A stretch of DNA of 64,000 nt, from the NCBI GenBank assembly GCA_041654855.1, contig JBAZCS010000001.1, positions 985 through 64,984 of the forward strand. Reading direction: 5' to 3'. The notes under the pieces were generated by a model, which ran no database searches, was not told the DNA's origin, and saw only the letters and a program-made list of their open reading frames with translations. Shown here in pieces: positions 8,712-17,629 of the stretch. A program made the position numbers and the translations under genes. Positions within the stretch are counted from its first letter, which is position 1; each line of letters opens with the position of its first letter. Origin of the DNA: Bacilli bacterium. Lineage in GTDB: Bacteria; Bacillota_I; Bacilli_A; RFN20; CAG-826.

Positions 8712-9752
8712 ATGGGCAATCGATTAAGTTTTATTCGTAATTTGAAAAAAGCGCTTGTCAAAAGACCGCGTTTAAAAATATTCTTAGAATGGCTTTATTT
8801 ATTAGGAATCGTTACCTTAAGTGCTTTTACTTACGCATTAGCGTTTCGCCTTTTTATTCACCCCTCATTTGAAACTTTAACAAGTGTTTCCGGCCGCCAA
8901 GTGCTTTTCGTTGCCGGTGGCGTTTCCGGGTTATCACAAAACTTTGTTAAATTAATATATGACATTTTTGGCATTCAAGCATTAGACCGTAATATTTTGC
9001 AATCAATTCTTTACTTTGTCTTAAACATTCCGGTCTTTATATTAGGATGGCTTAAAATTGGGAAACGATTTACTGTTTTCTCAATAATTAACGTCATGTT
9101 AGCGTCGCTTTTTATTTCCATTATTCCGGAAAGTTGGGAGACCGCTGTTTTATATGATTCACAATTAACTAGAACGTTATACGCTGGTATTTTAGCCGGT
9201 TTTAGTGCCGCCATTGCCTTTAAGGGCAATGTCAGTAGTGGCGGGATGGATATTATCGCCTATTACTTCGCAAACCGAAAAAGTGAAGGGGTCGGTAAAT
9301 ATAACGTTTCCTTTAATATTGCGGTCGTCTTATTCTACTTTATTCTTAACTTAATTAAACCAAGTACGACCCAAGATGTCATTGTTGATCCAAGTGTAAC
9401 ATCAATTAACGTTGCCATCACTAGCTTTATTTCCAGTGTGACGTATTTAGTGATGACGTCGTTTGTAATTGATCTTATTAATGTCCGCAATAAAAAAGCC
9501 CAAGTGCAAGTTATTACAAATCATGAAGAACTCGCGCAGATTCTTATTTCAAACTTCCCCCATGGCGCGACCACCGTTAAAGGAGTCGGTGTTTATAGTA
9601 ATAATGAAAAAACGATTATTTATATGACCGTTTCCAGTAACGAAGTAAGTGAAGTAGTGCGCCTTATTCAACAAGTCGACACAAGCGCTTTCGTAAACGT
9701 CAGTGTATTACGGCAAGTATTTGGGAAGTTTTATATAAGTCCGATTAAATAA
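8712..9752 (+). CDS. YitT-family membrane protein (DUF161 TM region plus C-terminal DUF2179 domain).
   Basis: Polytopic N-terminus. C-terminal VITNHEELAQILISNFPHGATTVKGVGVYSNNEKTIIYMTVS...VRLIQQVD is typical of DUF2179. Confidence 0.75.
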   Translation: MGNRLSFIRNLKKALVKRPRLKIFLEWLYLLGIVTLSAFTYALAFRLFIHPSFETLTSVSGRQVLFVAGGVSGLSQNFVKLIYDIFGIQALDRNILQSILYFVLNIPVFILGWLKIGKRFTVFSIINVMLASLFISIIPESWETAVLYDSQLTRTLYAGILAGFSAAIAFKGNVSSGGMDIIAYYFANRKSEGVGKYNVSFNIAVVLFYFILNLIKPSTTQDVIVDPSVTSINVAITSFISSVTYLVMTSFVIDLINVRNKKAQVQVITNHEELAQILISNFPHGATTVKGVGVYSNNEKTIIYMTVSSNEVSEVVRLIQQVDTSAFVNVSVLRQVFGKFYISPIK

Positions 9753-9757
9753 TGTAA

Positions 9758-9790
9758 CGAAAAAGGGCGGTTGAAGAACCGCCTTTTTTT
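9758..9790. terminator. Bidirectional rho-independent terminator.
   Basis: GGCGGTT-GAAG-AACCGCC stem flanked by A5 and T7. Sits between the YitT gene (+) and the ABC gene (-). Confidence 0.6.
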
Positions 9791-9797
9791 ATTATGT

Positions 9798-12761
9798 TTA
9801 CTGTCCGCGTATCGCGTCAATTGGTGTTTTACGACTGAGCCTTATTACCGGAATAAAGCTACTTAATGCTGCAATACCAAAGGCAATAATCAATAAGAGA
9901 ATGAATTGACGGACACCAAAGATTAAGATAACGATATCACTTCCTAGTTCGCGCGAGAAGCGTTGATTGATTAAGATTGTGGCAATAATAGTGCCCGCGA
10001 CCGCTAAGACGTAATTTATCGCCGCAATAATCCCGGCTTCGTTCATAAAGATACCTGCGACATCAAAGCCGCGCGCACCAATGGCTCGTAAGATGCCGAT
10101 TTCTTGCTTTTTAAAGGACACACTAAGCGTGATAAAGTTAATAAGGAGTAATGCGGCAAATACCGCAAATATCGCCCCGATAACGGTAAAGACACTACGC
10201 ATCATTTCTAAGACAAAGGACACACTAGCTACGGTATTTAATACTTCGTTATTGAAAATGAAATATTCACCGACAAACTTTTTATCAACTTTGTACTCTA
10301 AATTAAGTAACTTATTTAATGACGCTCGATCAAGACCGTGATAGACGATTGCCGATTCATAAACACCATCGACAATTAAATCTAAAGTAGCAGCGGCCTC
10401 GTCTGAAATATACATTATATTGTTGTAATAAATGAAACCAGGCATTTGTAAATATTCGTTATAATCAAAATCCATGCCAACGATTTTAAATTCTGGGTAA
10501 TTAATGATACCGTCCGAACTTCGTTTCGATAACTTTAAGGTTAAAGGATCAATCGAAGCCGGAATTTCTACTTTTAGCTTATCTACTAATAGTTTTTCAC
10601 CATATTTTGTCGGTTGATAAATATTATCTTTATAAAGGATTAACGGATTAAATAATGCATCAGCGTAATAAGTGCGATATTTATTCTTTTGGGCAGTTGT
10701 CCATGTGCTGTGCGCCGGGACATCACCTTTACTTTGGAATTCGGGGTAACGATAGTAGAAATCTTTTAAATATGCTTCAATCGCCAAATCATTAGCGTCA
10801 CTCGTAATGAATTCACTTTTAATCGCAGAGACTGAGTTTTCAATCACATCGGTAATCTCAGGCTTTAAAGAGCGTAAGTTATTCCCATCAAAAATAATTT
10901 CATTCTCACTTAAGGTTGTAATTGATTTACTTTCGTCAAATAAGAAGTATGTCTTCTCGTTATTTTCTAAAGCTTTTAGCGATAAGAAAGCACTAATTGT
11001 TTGTTGAAATTCACCTTCCTCGCTATTAATGATTTCATAATTAAATGGGTAAGAATAATCAGACATGAGATAGGCAGGGGTTACGTTGTCGTAAGTTGAG
11101 AAGAGCGCATTACTCACGAAGTAAGTATTATGGAAACCGCTTTGTAAGTAATTACGTAATTTGTTTTGTAAAGACCAAAGATCACGCGGTTCGTTATTAT
11201 CCCGTAATTCATTAAAGGGGGTTAGATCAAGATTCGTATCAACAATACCCGTTACCGTGTATTCTCCTAGTTTTTTACCAATAAGCTCATCATAAGAATT
11301 AATGGTTACCGCTTGTTGGGAAACGTCACTGCGATAGCCATGGTCTTTAAAATACATTGCGATAAATTCGGGAAGGGCAACTTCGGTTTCTAAAGAAGGT
11401 AACGTTCCACTTTGCATTTTAAGGCCAAAGGCGCTTAATTTTACAGGGGCAACACTAACGGTGCCAGCAAGCGGCGCTGCGGTAAATATTTTATTATTTT
11501 GCCATTCTTCAAGATTACCAAAATGTGGATTTAAGAAAATGCTAAACTGAAAAGTAAGCGGAGTCGCTTCAATATCACTCGCTAAATCATTAAGCGCGAC
11601 GATATCTTCCTTAGTGAGTCGTAATTCGCGGTCAACTTGATAAGTTTCATATTTATCGCGTCTTCTTTTTTGCACTACTGATGTTTCAATTTCAGCTTTT
11701 TGCATTGTCGAAATTGCTGTATTTTTTTGGTTAAAATTTGCAATCGTATCGGTAAGCCCAAACATGACAAAGGCAGTTGAAGCAAGGATAATTGATAACA
11801 CTAAACGAACGGTGCGATGCTTAAGGGCACTAGCCCCCATTTTTAAGGTTGATAAAAAGGGCATCTTAGATTTAATAAGCGGTAATTTATCAGTTTGCGG
11901 TATCGGTTTAATTTCTGGAGTATCTTTAAAATCATACACCTCGTTTAATACTTTGATAAAGGTTTTGTCGGTATTACTTTGCAAATAGCGGTTAATCTGT
12001 TCAAGATCTTCCGCGGTTAGTTGATAACCAGCTTTTAAAGTTATACCTTGTTCAGTAAACATTTTTGCGTGGTCGACTTTTTCGCTTTCCGTTCTTGAAA
12101 CATCACGAATAATTTTGCCATCACTAAATTCAATGATGCGATCACCGTATGTTTCGGCAAACTCTTGGTCGTGCGTAACGATGATTACAAGTTTTTCTTC
12201 GGATAGCTTTTTAAGCGTGTCAAATAATTGCCGCCCGGTAACACTATCAAGCGCGCCTGTTGGTTCGTCGGCCATAATAATTTCCGGGTTTTTAACTAAA
12301 GCACGGGCAATCGCCACTCTTTGTTTTTGACCCCCGGATAACGTATTTGGTTTCCGCTTAGCGTACCCTTGCATATCTAGTAAGTTTAAAATTTTATTAA
12401 TTGCTTCGTTCGTTGCTTTTTTACCTTGTAATTCAAGGGCGATACCAATGTTTTGTCCGACTGTAAATTCATCAAGGACATTATATTCTTGGAAGATGAA
12501 CCCGACCATCGTATTGCGATAACTGTCAAACTCACTTTGTGAGAAGGTTTTTGTTGATTTACCTTTAATTAATAAATCACCATCCGTATACTTATCAAGA
12601 CCACCGATGACGTTAAGTAAGGTTGATTTTCCCGAACCTGATTTACCAAGAACGAAAATCATTCCCCGTTCATTAAAAGTGAGATTAACTCCATCGAGTG
12701 CTTTAACTGTTGGTCCTTTTTTTTGCTTGTAATAACGACTAATATTGCGTAGTTCTAACAT
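9798..12761 (-). CDS. Fused ABC transporter: ATP-binding domain, large extracytoplasmic domain, FtsX-like permease (MacB-like).
   Basis: Walker A GKSGSGKST and signature LSGGQKQRVAIARAL at the N-terminus. C-terminal FtsX-type TM bundle. The likely start is the second ATG (MLELRN, 12761), which has a GAGGT RBS. The ORF-track start is 12779. Confidence 0.85.
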   Translation of the reverse strand: MLELRNISRYYKQKKGPTVKALDGVNLTFNERGMIFVLGKSGSGKSTLLNVIGGLDKYTDGDLLIKGKSTKTFSQSEFDSYRNTMVGFIFQEYNVLDEFTVGQNIGIALELQGKKATNEAINKILNLLDMQGYAKRKPNTLSGGQKQRVAIARALVKNPEIIMADEPTGALDSVTGRQLFDTLKKLSEEKLVIIVTHDQEFAETYGDRIIEFSDGKIIRDVSRTESEKVDHAKMFTEQGITLKAGYQLTAEDLEQINRYLQSNTDKTFIKVLNEVYDFKDTPEIKPIPQTDKLPLIKSKMPFLSTLKMGASALKHRTVRLVLSIILASTAFVMFGLTDTIANFNQKNTAISTMQKAEIETSVVQKRRRDKYETYQVDRELRLTKEDIVALNDLASDIEATPLTFQFSIFLNPHFGNLEEWQNNKIFTAAPLAGTVSVAPVKLSAFGLKMQSGTLPSLETEVALPEFIAMYFKDHGYRSDVSQQAVTINSYDELIGKKLGEYTVTGIVDTNLDLTPFNELRDNNEPRDLWSLQNKLRNYLQSGFHNTYFVSNALFSTYDNVTPAYLMSDYSYPFNYEIINSEEGEFQQTISAFLSLKALENNEKTYFLFDESKSITTLSENEIIFDGNNLRSLKPEITDVIENSVSAIKSEFITSDANDLAIEAYLKDFYYRYPEFQSKGDVPAHSTWTTAQKNKYRTYYADALFNPLILYKDNIYQPTKYGEKLLVDKLKVEIPASIDPLTLKLSKRSSDGIINYPEFKIVGMDFDYNEYLQMPGFIYYNNIMYISDEAAATLDLIVDGVYESAIVYHGLDRASLNKLLNLEYKVDKKFVGEYFIFNNEVLNTVASVSFVLEMMRSVFTVIGAIFAVFAALLLINFITLSVSFKKQEIGILRAIGARGFDVAGIFMNEAGIIAAINYVLAVAGTIIATILINQRFSRELGSDIVILIFGVRQFILLLIIAFGIAALSSFIPVIRLSRKTPIDAIRGQ

Positions 12762-12771
12762 AATATATACC

Positions 12772-13794
12772 TCATTCAATTATTTTCATTTCTACAACTT
12801 TTTTATTGTCTATTAATATTTCATGGCTTAAACGGGCGGAATTATAGATTGCTTGGCTAATGTCATCTGGAGTAACGCCAAGATAAAGGGCAGTGTCATT
12901 GTTAATAAACTGATTTGAGCAATGCATATCACTAAATTTACCGAGGTTTAAACCACCTTCAAATCCTCTCTTTAAGTCTTTTTTATAAATATGGTGCATC
13001 ACCCACTTATAAATAAACTTTGGAACGACGATAATTTTTCGTTTTGGTTCACCGATTGCTTTATGCATAATCGTAAGCATTTCTTTCCACGTTAAATTGT
13101 AATAGCTTATTGGATAGGTATTAGCCCCTTTATTAATAAGAAGCGCTCCTTTAATTGCTTCCGCGGCTTGGCGGGCAGTAATCATCGCGCTACCGCCTTT
13201 AGGGTAATACGTTGTTTTACCCATTTTATGAATCATTTCAATGAGAAAAGTCCATACTGGTTTTCGTCCTTCTTGCACACCAAAAATATAAGGCAGCTCC
13301 ACAATTGCTACATTAAAGTCATCACTTACAAAACTAAAAGCGACCTTTTTCTGGAGTTCACGACTTTTAATATAGGGATGATATTTTGCTAGTTTTAATT
13401 GCGGTCTTGTCTCATTAAAATATGTAAAATAAGAGCCAAGAATAACGGTATGCTTAACTCCGACATTTTTTGCCACCTTTAATATTTTTTGTAATGGATC
13501 AACATTATACTTATTAAAAGTTTCAAAAGCAGGGGGCTTAATTTTAACTCTTTCATCAAGACCGGAGGCAAAGATTAAAGCGTCATAACCATTAAAAAGT
13601 TTCGCTAATTCCCCTTCACTCATTTGTAAATAATTGCCAATATCAATTTTGATATTAGAATCAAGATTTAATCCGCTTGGTATTTCATCTAACGAAAGTC
13701 CACGTATTTCATGGCCATCAAGGTGTAAAAGCTTCGCGCTTTCGCTGCCAAGTAAACCGCTGATGCCAATGATATAAACTTTCATTTTATGCAT
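12772..13794 (-). CDS. NAD(P)-binding epimerase/dehydratase-family (atypical SDR) protein.
   Basis: N-terminal Rossmann motif KVYIIGISGLLGS. About 340 aa, typical of NAD-dependent epimerase-like proteins. Start could also be 13785. Confidence 0.6.
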   Translation of the reverse strand: MHKMKVYIIGISGLLGSESAKLLHLDGHEIRGLSLDEIPSGLNLDSNIKIDIGNYLQMSEGELAKLFNGYDALIFASGLDERVKIKPPAFETFNKYNVDPLQKILKVAKNVGVKHTVILGSYFTYFNETRPQLKLAKYHPYIKSRELQKKVAFSFVSDDFNVAIVELPYIFGVQEGRKPVWTFLIEMIHKMGKTTYYPKGGSAMITARQAAEAIKGALLINKGANTYPISYYNLTWKEMLTIMHKAIGEPKRKIIVVPKFIYKWVMHHIYKKDLKRGFEGGLNLGKFSDMHCSNQFINNDTALYLGVTPDDISQAIYNSARLSHEILIDNKKVVEMKIIE

Positions 13795-13844
13795 ATAATA
13801 ATTATAACATTATCCTATAAGATGTTCTTTTATAGTGCAGATTG

Positions 13845-14648
13845 TTAAATTTCATTAATATAACGAATAGAAGTAGGACTTTCAAAAATAATATTTTTGC
13901 CATTGTATTGGGGGCTTTCATCCTTTAGTAATGTTTTTATGAAATTGAGTAAATCCACTTTGTTTGTTTCTTTATACTCACTTTTTTGTAGCAGTTCAAT
14001 CGTTTGCCGACATGTGGTTACATCGTTGATTTTAGTTGTATCTTCAATAAAATCAGGAAAGATGTTGACGATTGAAGCTTCTTTCAACCCCCATTTCTGG
14101 CTTTCACTTTTGGCAAAACAAGCGCTTGCAAATTTTGACCATTCATACGCAAGGGCTGCATCCGTGGTATGGGGTAGAATTTCATCTAAAAATGATGAGC
14201 GAAGTGGGTCGTTTAAAAGGGCAAAAACGACCGCGGGAATGGGGGTTAAATATGCACGACTCGCACTTAAATTAATAACAATTCCTTGTTCATTAATGTG
14301 CGGATATAGTTTATTAAATAGTTTGATGGTACCAATAAGGTTAACTTTATAGATTAAACCTATGTCTTTTGTCTGTGGGCCCCGCTTAGCGAAATGGAGT
14401 AAATAATCAAAACCACCAAATTTTTGTAAGGTTTTGTTTAATTCGCTGCGACTGACGGTACTTGTAATATCGAAGGCTAGGATATTTGCATGCGGTGCAA
14501 ATTCACTTTTAATTTTTCGTAATGATTTAATTGAAGTGTCGAGTAAAAGTAAATTGTAATCATTCTTAAATTGCTTGATTGCTAAAACACCCGTGCTACT
14601 ACATGCACCAGTTATAATCATCAGTTTTTTATCTTTTATTAACGCCAT
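13845..14648 (-). CDS. Short-chain dehydrogenase/reductase (SDR) family oxidoreductase.
   Basis: TGACSSTG glycine-rich NAD(P) motif. Y-x-x-x-K catalytic pair (YEWSK). 267 aa. Confidence 0.75.
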   Translation of the reverse strand: MALIKDKKLMIITGACSSTGVLAIKQFKNDYNLLLLDTSIKSLRKIKSEFAPHANILAFDITSTVSRSELNKTLQKFGGFDYLLHFAKRGPQTKDIGLIYKVNLIGTIKLFNKLYPHINEQGIVINLSASRAYLTPIPAVVFALLNDPLRSSFLDEILPHTTDAALAYEWSKFASACFAKSESQKWGLKEASIVNIFPDFIEDTTKINDVTTCRQTIELLQKSEYKETNKVDLLNFIKTLLKDESPQYNGKNIIFESPTSIRYINEI

Positions 14649-14655
14649 GGTTTTA

Positions 14656-14961
14656 TTATATAACCATTCGGTAATAATATACCGAGAAATGATAAAAAAA
14701 TATTATTTTGTCTTTTATCACATTTTGATTCATATTTGTTAAACGATAACTAAAATCCAAGTCTAGTGTTGTTCTATTTTTAATTCCTACAATACTTTCT
14801 AACAAAAAACCACCTTTTAAGATGAAGTTCGAATTCTCACTACTTTTAGAAAGTCTAATTAAAAAATGGTAAAAGAAATATTTATCCCATGTTTCTTGAA
14901 TAGTTTGCTTCTTTGCATTAGCGGTAGCTTTAATTTTAGCTTTTAGTCTTTCTATACTCAT
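14656..14961 (-). pseudogene. Truncated AbiEii/AbiGii-family nucleotidyltransferase toxin (N-terminal ~100 aa only).
   Basis: ILKGGFLLESIVGIKNRTTLDLDFSY matches the KGG...R.S.DIDF N-terminal motif of AbiEii (DUF1814). Full-length toxins are about 250-300 aa. Here the ORF ends after 101 aa, directly abutting the SDR gene. Confidence 0.55.
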
Positions 14962-15602
14962 TATCTTATTTCCAAGAGGTATCTAACTTTTTCATATACA
15001 TTTAGTGCACGTGAGTATTCATAAAGTTTGTCATAATTAATACCTATTTCTTTAGCAGTCTTTACCGCAAAGTTTAATTCTTCATTATCTAAGTTGTAAT
15101 CTTTAAAAACATCACAAAGAACCCTTTCTTTATTATAAGTAGGAACGTAATTACCAAATTCGGTCTTAAGAAATGTTTTTCCTATATTGTAATTGTCATT
15201 ATTTACTCTTTTTACATCAATGGAATAAATCCTATGGGTATTATAATTCGAGGGTACATTAGCTTCAATTACCTTTAATGATTTTGTAGACATTTTATTT
15301 AAAACTAGAGCGGTATTGCCTGAGTAGATTATTTTTGAATATCTTAAAAAATTAATAAATGATTCATCTTCAAAAATATTAGGGAGTGCATATATTCCTC
15401 TTAAAACTCTTGCAATCCTTTTATCATTTACAAATCTAGGTAAATAAATAGTTGGAACGCCTAACTCTTTAGTTTTTTTGTTAGTAATATATCCATCGTG
15501 ATTATTCATGTACTCAATTATTATATCGTCATATTTCATAAAACACTCCTGTTGTTGTCTCTGTGCCAGTACTGTATTACATAATGGGCACACAAGCAAC
15601 AA
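14961..15602 (-). CDS. AbiEi-family type IV toxin-antitoxin antitoxin / transcriptional regulator.
   Basis: 213 aa. Its stop overlaps the ATG of the AbiEii fragment in a TAATG arrangement (antitoxin first, toxin second, same strand), the canonical abiEi-abiEii layout. The family call is my recognition of the N-terminal region. Confidence 0.5.
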   Translation of the reverse strand: MLLVCPLCNTVLAQRQQQECFMKYDDIIIEYMNNHDGYITNKKTKELGVPTIYLPRFVNDKRIARVLRGIYALPNIFEDESFINFLRYSKIIYSGNTALVLNKMSTKSLKVIEANVPSNYNTHRIYSIDVKRVNNDNYNIGKTFLKTEFGNYVPTYNKERVLCDVFKDYNLDNEELNFAVKTAKEIGINYDKLYEYSRALNVYEKVRYLLEIR

Positions 15603-15737
15603 AAATATGCAAGTAGTTGAAAGTGTTGTATCATCAAAAATATATGTAAAATGAGTAAAATAGTGAATAGATTATATAGGAATAAAAAAAGACTGATATT
15701 TGGTATAAAACGTTATATCAATCTCGTTATCCTTAAA

Positions 15738-15828
15738 TGGCGGAGAAAGAGGGATTTGAACCCTCGCACGCTGTTACACGTCTACTAGCTTTCCAAGCCA
15801 GCCCCTTCAGCCACTTGGGTATTTCTCC
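15738..15828 (-). tRNA. tRNA-Ser (anticodon GGA), class II, CCA encoded.
   Basis: Reverse complement: GGAGAAA acceptor. CCC/GGG D-stem. Anticodon stem CTGGC/GCTAG with loop TTGGAAA. Long variable arm. T-arm GAGGG-TTCAAAT-CCCTC. Discriminator G then CCA. Confidence 0.85.
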
Positions 15829-15851
15829 AACGCATTGGTAATTATAGCAAC

Positions 15852-16685
15852 TTAGCTTTCACTTGTCGATATTTCTTCACTTTTTTCGTTATTTTCATAT
15901 ATTTTAAAACGTCTTGATTGTTTTAAAAGTAAAAAGATGAAGTGCGTAAATACAAAGGGTAAGAAAAGTTGCCCTAGAAACATTAATATTTGAAATAGGA
16001 GGGGTGAAATATTATTTAATGCGGTAAAGATTGGCATAGCCAGTGGCTTTTCAAGAAACATTAAGTTCGTGCCAAGGGTTTTATTCATGATAAAAGCCGC
16101 AACCATAAACACTAAAGAAAAATAAGTAAACTTCACTAAATCTCTTCTTTGGGGTCTATAAAATGAAAACTTTAAAAGTAAATAGCCAGTAAGCACAAGT
16201 GCAGCGTGAAAGAAAATCGAGTGAATTGATAAGAAGTGGAAGGCCGGATATTCAAGAAGTGAACTAGAAGGGTAAATTAAAAAAGCAAGCCCGGCAATAA
16301 TGCCGCCATAAACAATCCATGACTTACTTGCTTCGGCAACATAACCTTTCGTCCATGAAAGTAATAAAAAAGCATAAATATATATAGAACAATAATAAAG
16401 CGGCATAAAGCGATTGAGCATTTCAATCGAAAAGCCATACATTGCAATATTCCAAGCAATTTTAAATATTTCAAGCAGCGCTAAAAAGATGGAAGAAACT
16501 TTAAAAAAGATCATCATTTGCGCTTGTGACCAGTTTTTTGTGAACCTTACAAAAAGATAAGCGGCGATTCCAAAAAAAAGTAGCAAGGCTAAATGCCCGA
16601 AGCTATACATACCACCTGGAGGATGAACACCAACTTTATCAAACATAATCTTACTTACCTTTATTAATCTTATCATAATAAGCAC
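15852..16685 (-). CDS. Polytopic integral membrane protein, function unknown (possibly a YwaF-like intramembrane family).
   Basis: Multiple predicted TM helices throughout. A likely true start is the internal M at 16646. Confidence 0.55.
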   Translation of the reverse strand: MLIMIRLIKVSKIMFDKVGVHPPGGMYSFGHLALLLFFGIAAYLFVRFTKNWSQAQMMIFFKVSSIFLALLEIFKIAWNIAMYGFSIEMLNRFMPLYYCSIYIYAFLLLSWTKGYVAEASKSWIVYGGIIAGLAFLIYPSSSLLEYPAFHFLSIHSIFFHAALVLTGYLLLKFSFYRPQRRDLVKFTYFSLVFMVAAFIMNKTLGTNLMFLEKPLAMPIFTALNNISPLLFQILMFLGQLFLPFVFTHFIFLLLKQSRRFKIYENNEKSEEISTSES

Positions 16686-16707
16686 TATTTTTTGTTAAAA
16701 TATAACC

Positions 16708-17628
16708 ATGGTAAAAATGACGTTTATAGTTACAGATAAAGATGCTTTTCAACGGGTTGACAAGTATTTAAAGAAAATAATGCCCAAAGCCCCCTCTAAT
16801 TTGATATATAAATTGTTACGGACAAAAGATGTACGTGTTAATAATAAAAAAGTAAGTGGTGATTATATCATTCAAGAAGATGATGTTGTTTTAATCTATG
16901 TCACTGAAGCCCAAGCGGAAGAATTTTTCGTTCCGTATACATTTAATGAAGTAGAACCAGACTTTAAATTAATATACGAAGATGAGAATATTTTAGTCGT
17001 ACATAAAAAAAGTGGGCTCCTTGTTCACCCTTCACCTTTAGAAAAGCATTACACCTTAACGAATATGGTTCTTACTTATTTAAAAAGGAAAGGGGAGTTT
17101 AAAGATCATGAACGGGGTTATATTCCTTCCCCGATCGCAAGAATTGACCAAGATACGAATGGAATTATTATTTTTGCAAAAAAGCAAAATGTTCACCAAA
17201 TACTTGCAACCGCTTTTTTAAATGAAAAGTCGACAAAAAGGGTTTATAAGGCGGTCGTATATGGTAAAATGAATAATGGTGAAGGGACAATAAATTTGTC
17301 ACTTTTAAAAACACAAGGTAGAGTTGTTGTACATAATGAAGGTAGTGAGGCAACAACTTTTTATCGGGTTATTAAAGAAACATCCACAAAGTCCTTACTT
17401 GAAGTACACCTTTTAACGGGGCGTCAGCACCAAATAAGGGTGCACATGCAAAGTATAGGTCATCCCATTGTCGGGGACAAGAAGTATGGCAAAGATGAAA
17501 ACATCTCGCTTGCCCTTAATGCTTACTCCCTTACTTTCTACGGATTAGTGGCCCCGCTTGAATATTTAAACGGGAAAACATTTATTGCTGACAATACCTT
17601 CGAATTATTAAAAACTTTAGGAGATTAA
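16708..17628 (+). CDS. RluA-family rRNA pseudouridine synthase (RluD-like, with an S4 domain).
   Basis: N-terminal S4-like segment. HRLD-type catalytic motif present as ARIDQDTNGIIIFAKK. About 300 aa. Confidence 0.85.
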   Translation: MVKMTFIVTDKDAFQRVDKYLKKIMPKAPSNLIYKLLRTKDVRVNNKKVSGDYIIQEDDVVLIYVTEAQAEEFFVPYTFNEVEPDFKLIYEDENILVVHKKSGLLVHPSPLEKHYTLTNMVLTYLKRKGEFKDHERGYIPSPIARIDQDTNGIIIFAKKQNVHQILATAFLNEKSTKRVYKAVVYGKMNNGEGTINLSLLKTQGRVVVHNEGSEATTFYRVIKETSTKSLLEVHLLTGRQHQIRVHMQSIGHPIVGDKKYGKDENISLALNAYSLTFYGLVAPLEYLNGKTFIADNTFELLKTLGD

Positions 17629-17629
17629 G

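Noticed and set aside
15603-15737. Possible attachment-site direct repeat of the tRNA-Ser(GGA) 3' end marking an island boundary.
   Set aside because: I could not find a convincing repeat of the tRNA 3' segment (GGTTCAAATCCCTCTTTCTCCGCCA or its complement) elsewhere in 12.7-15.7 kb by eye. This needs a computational repeat search, so the island call remains an inference.
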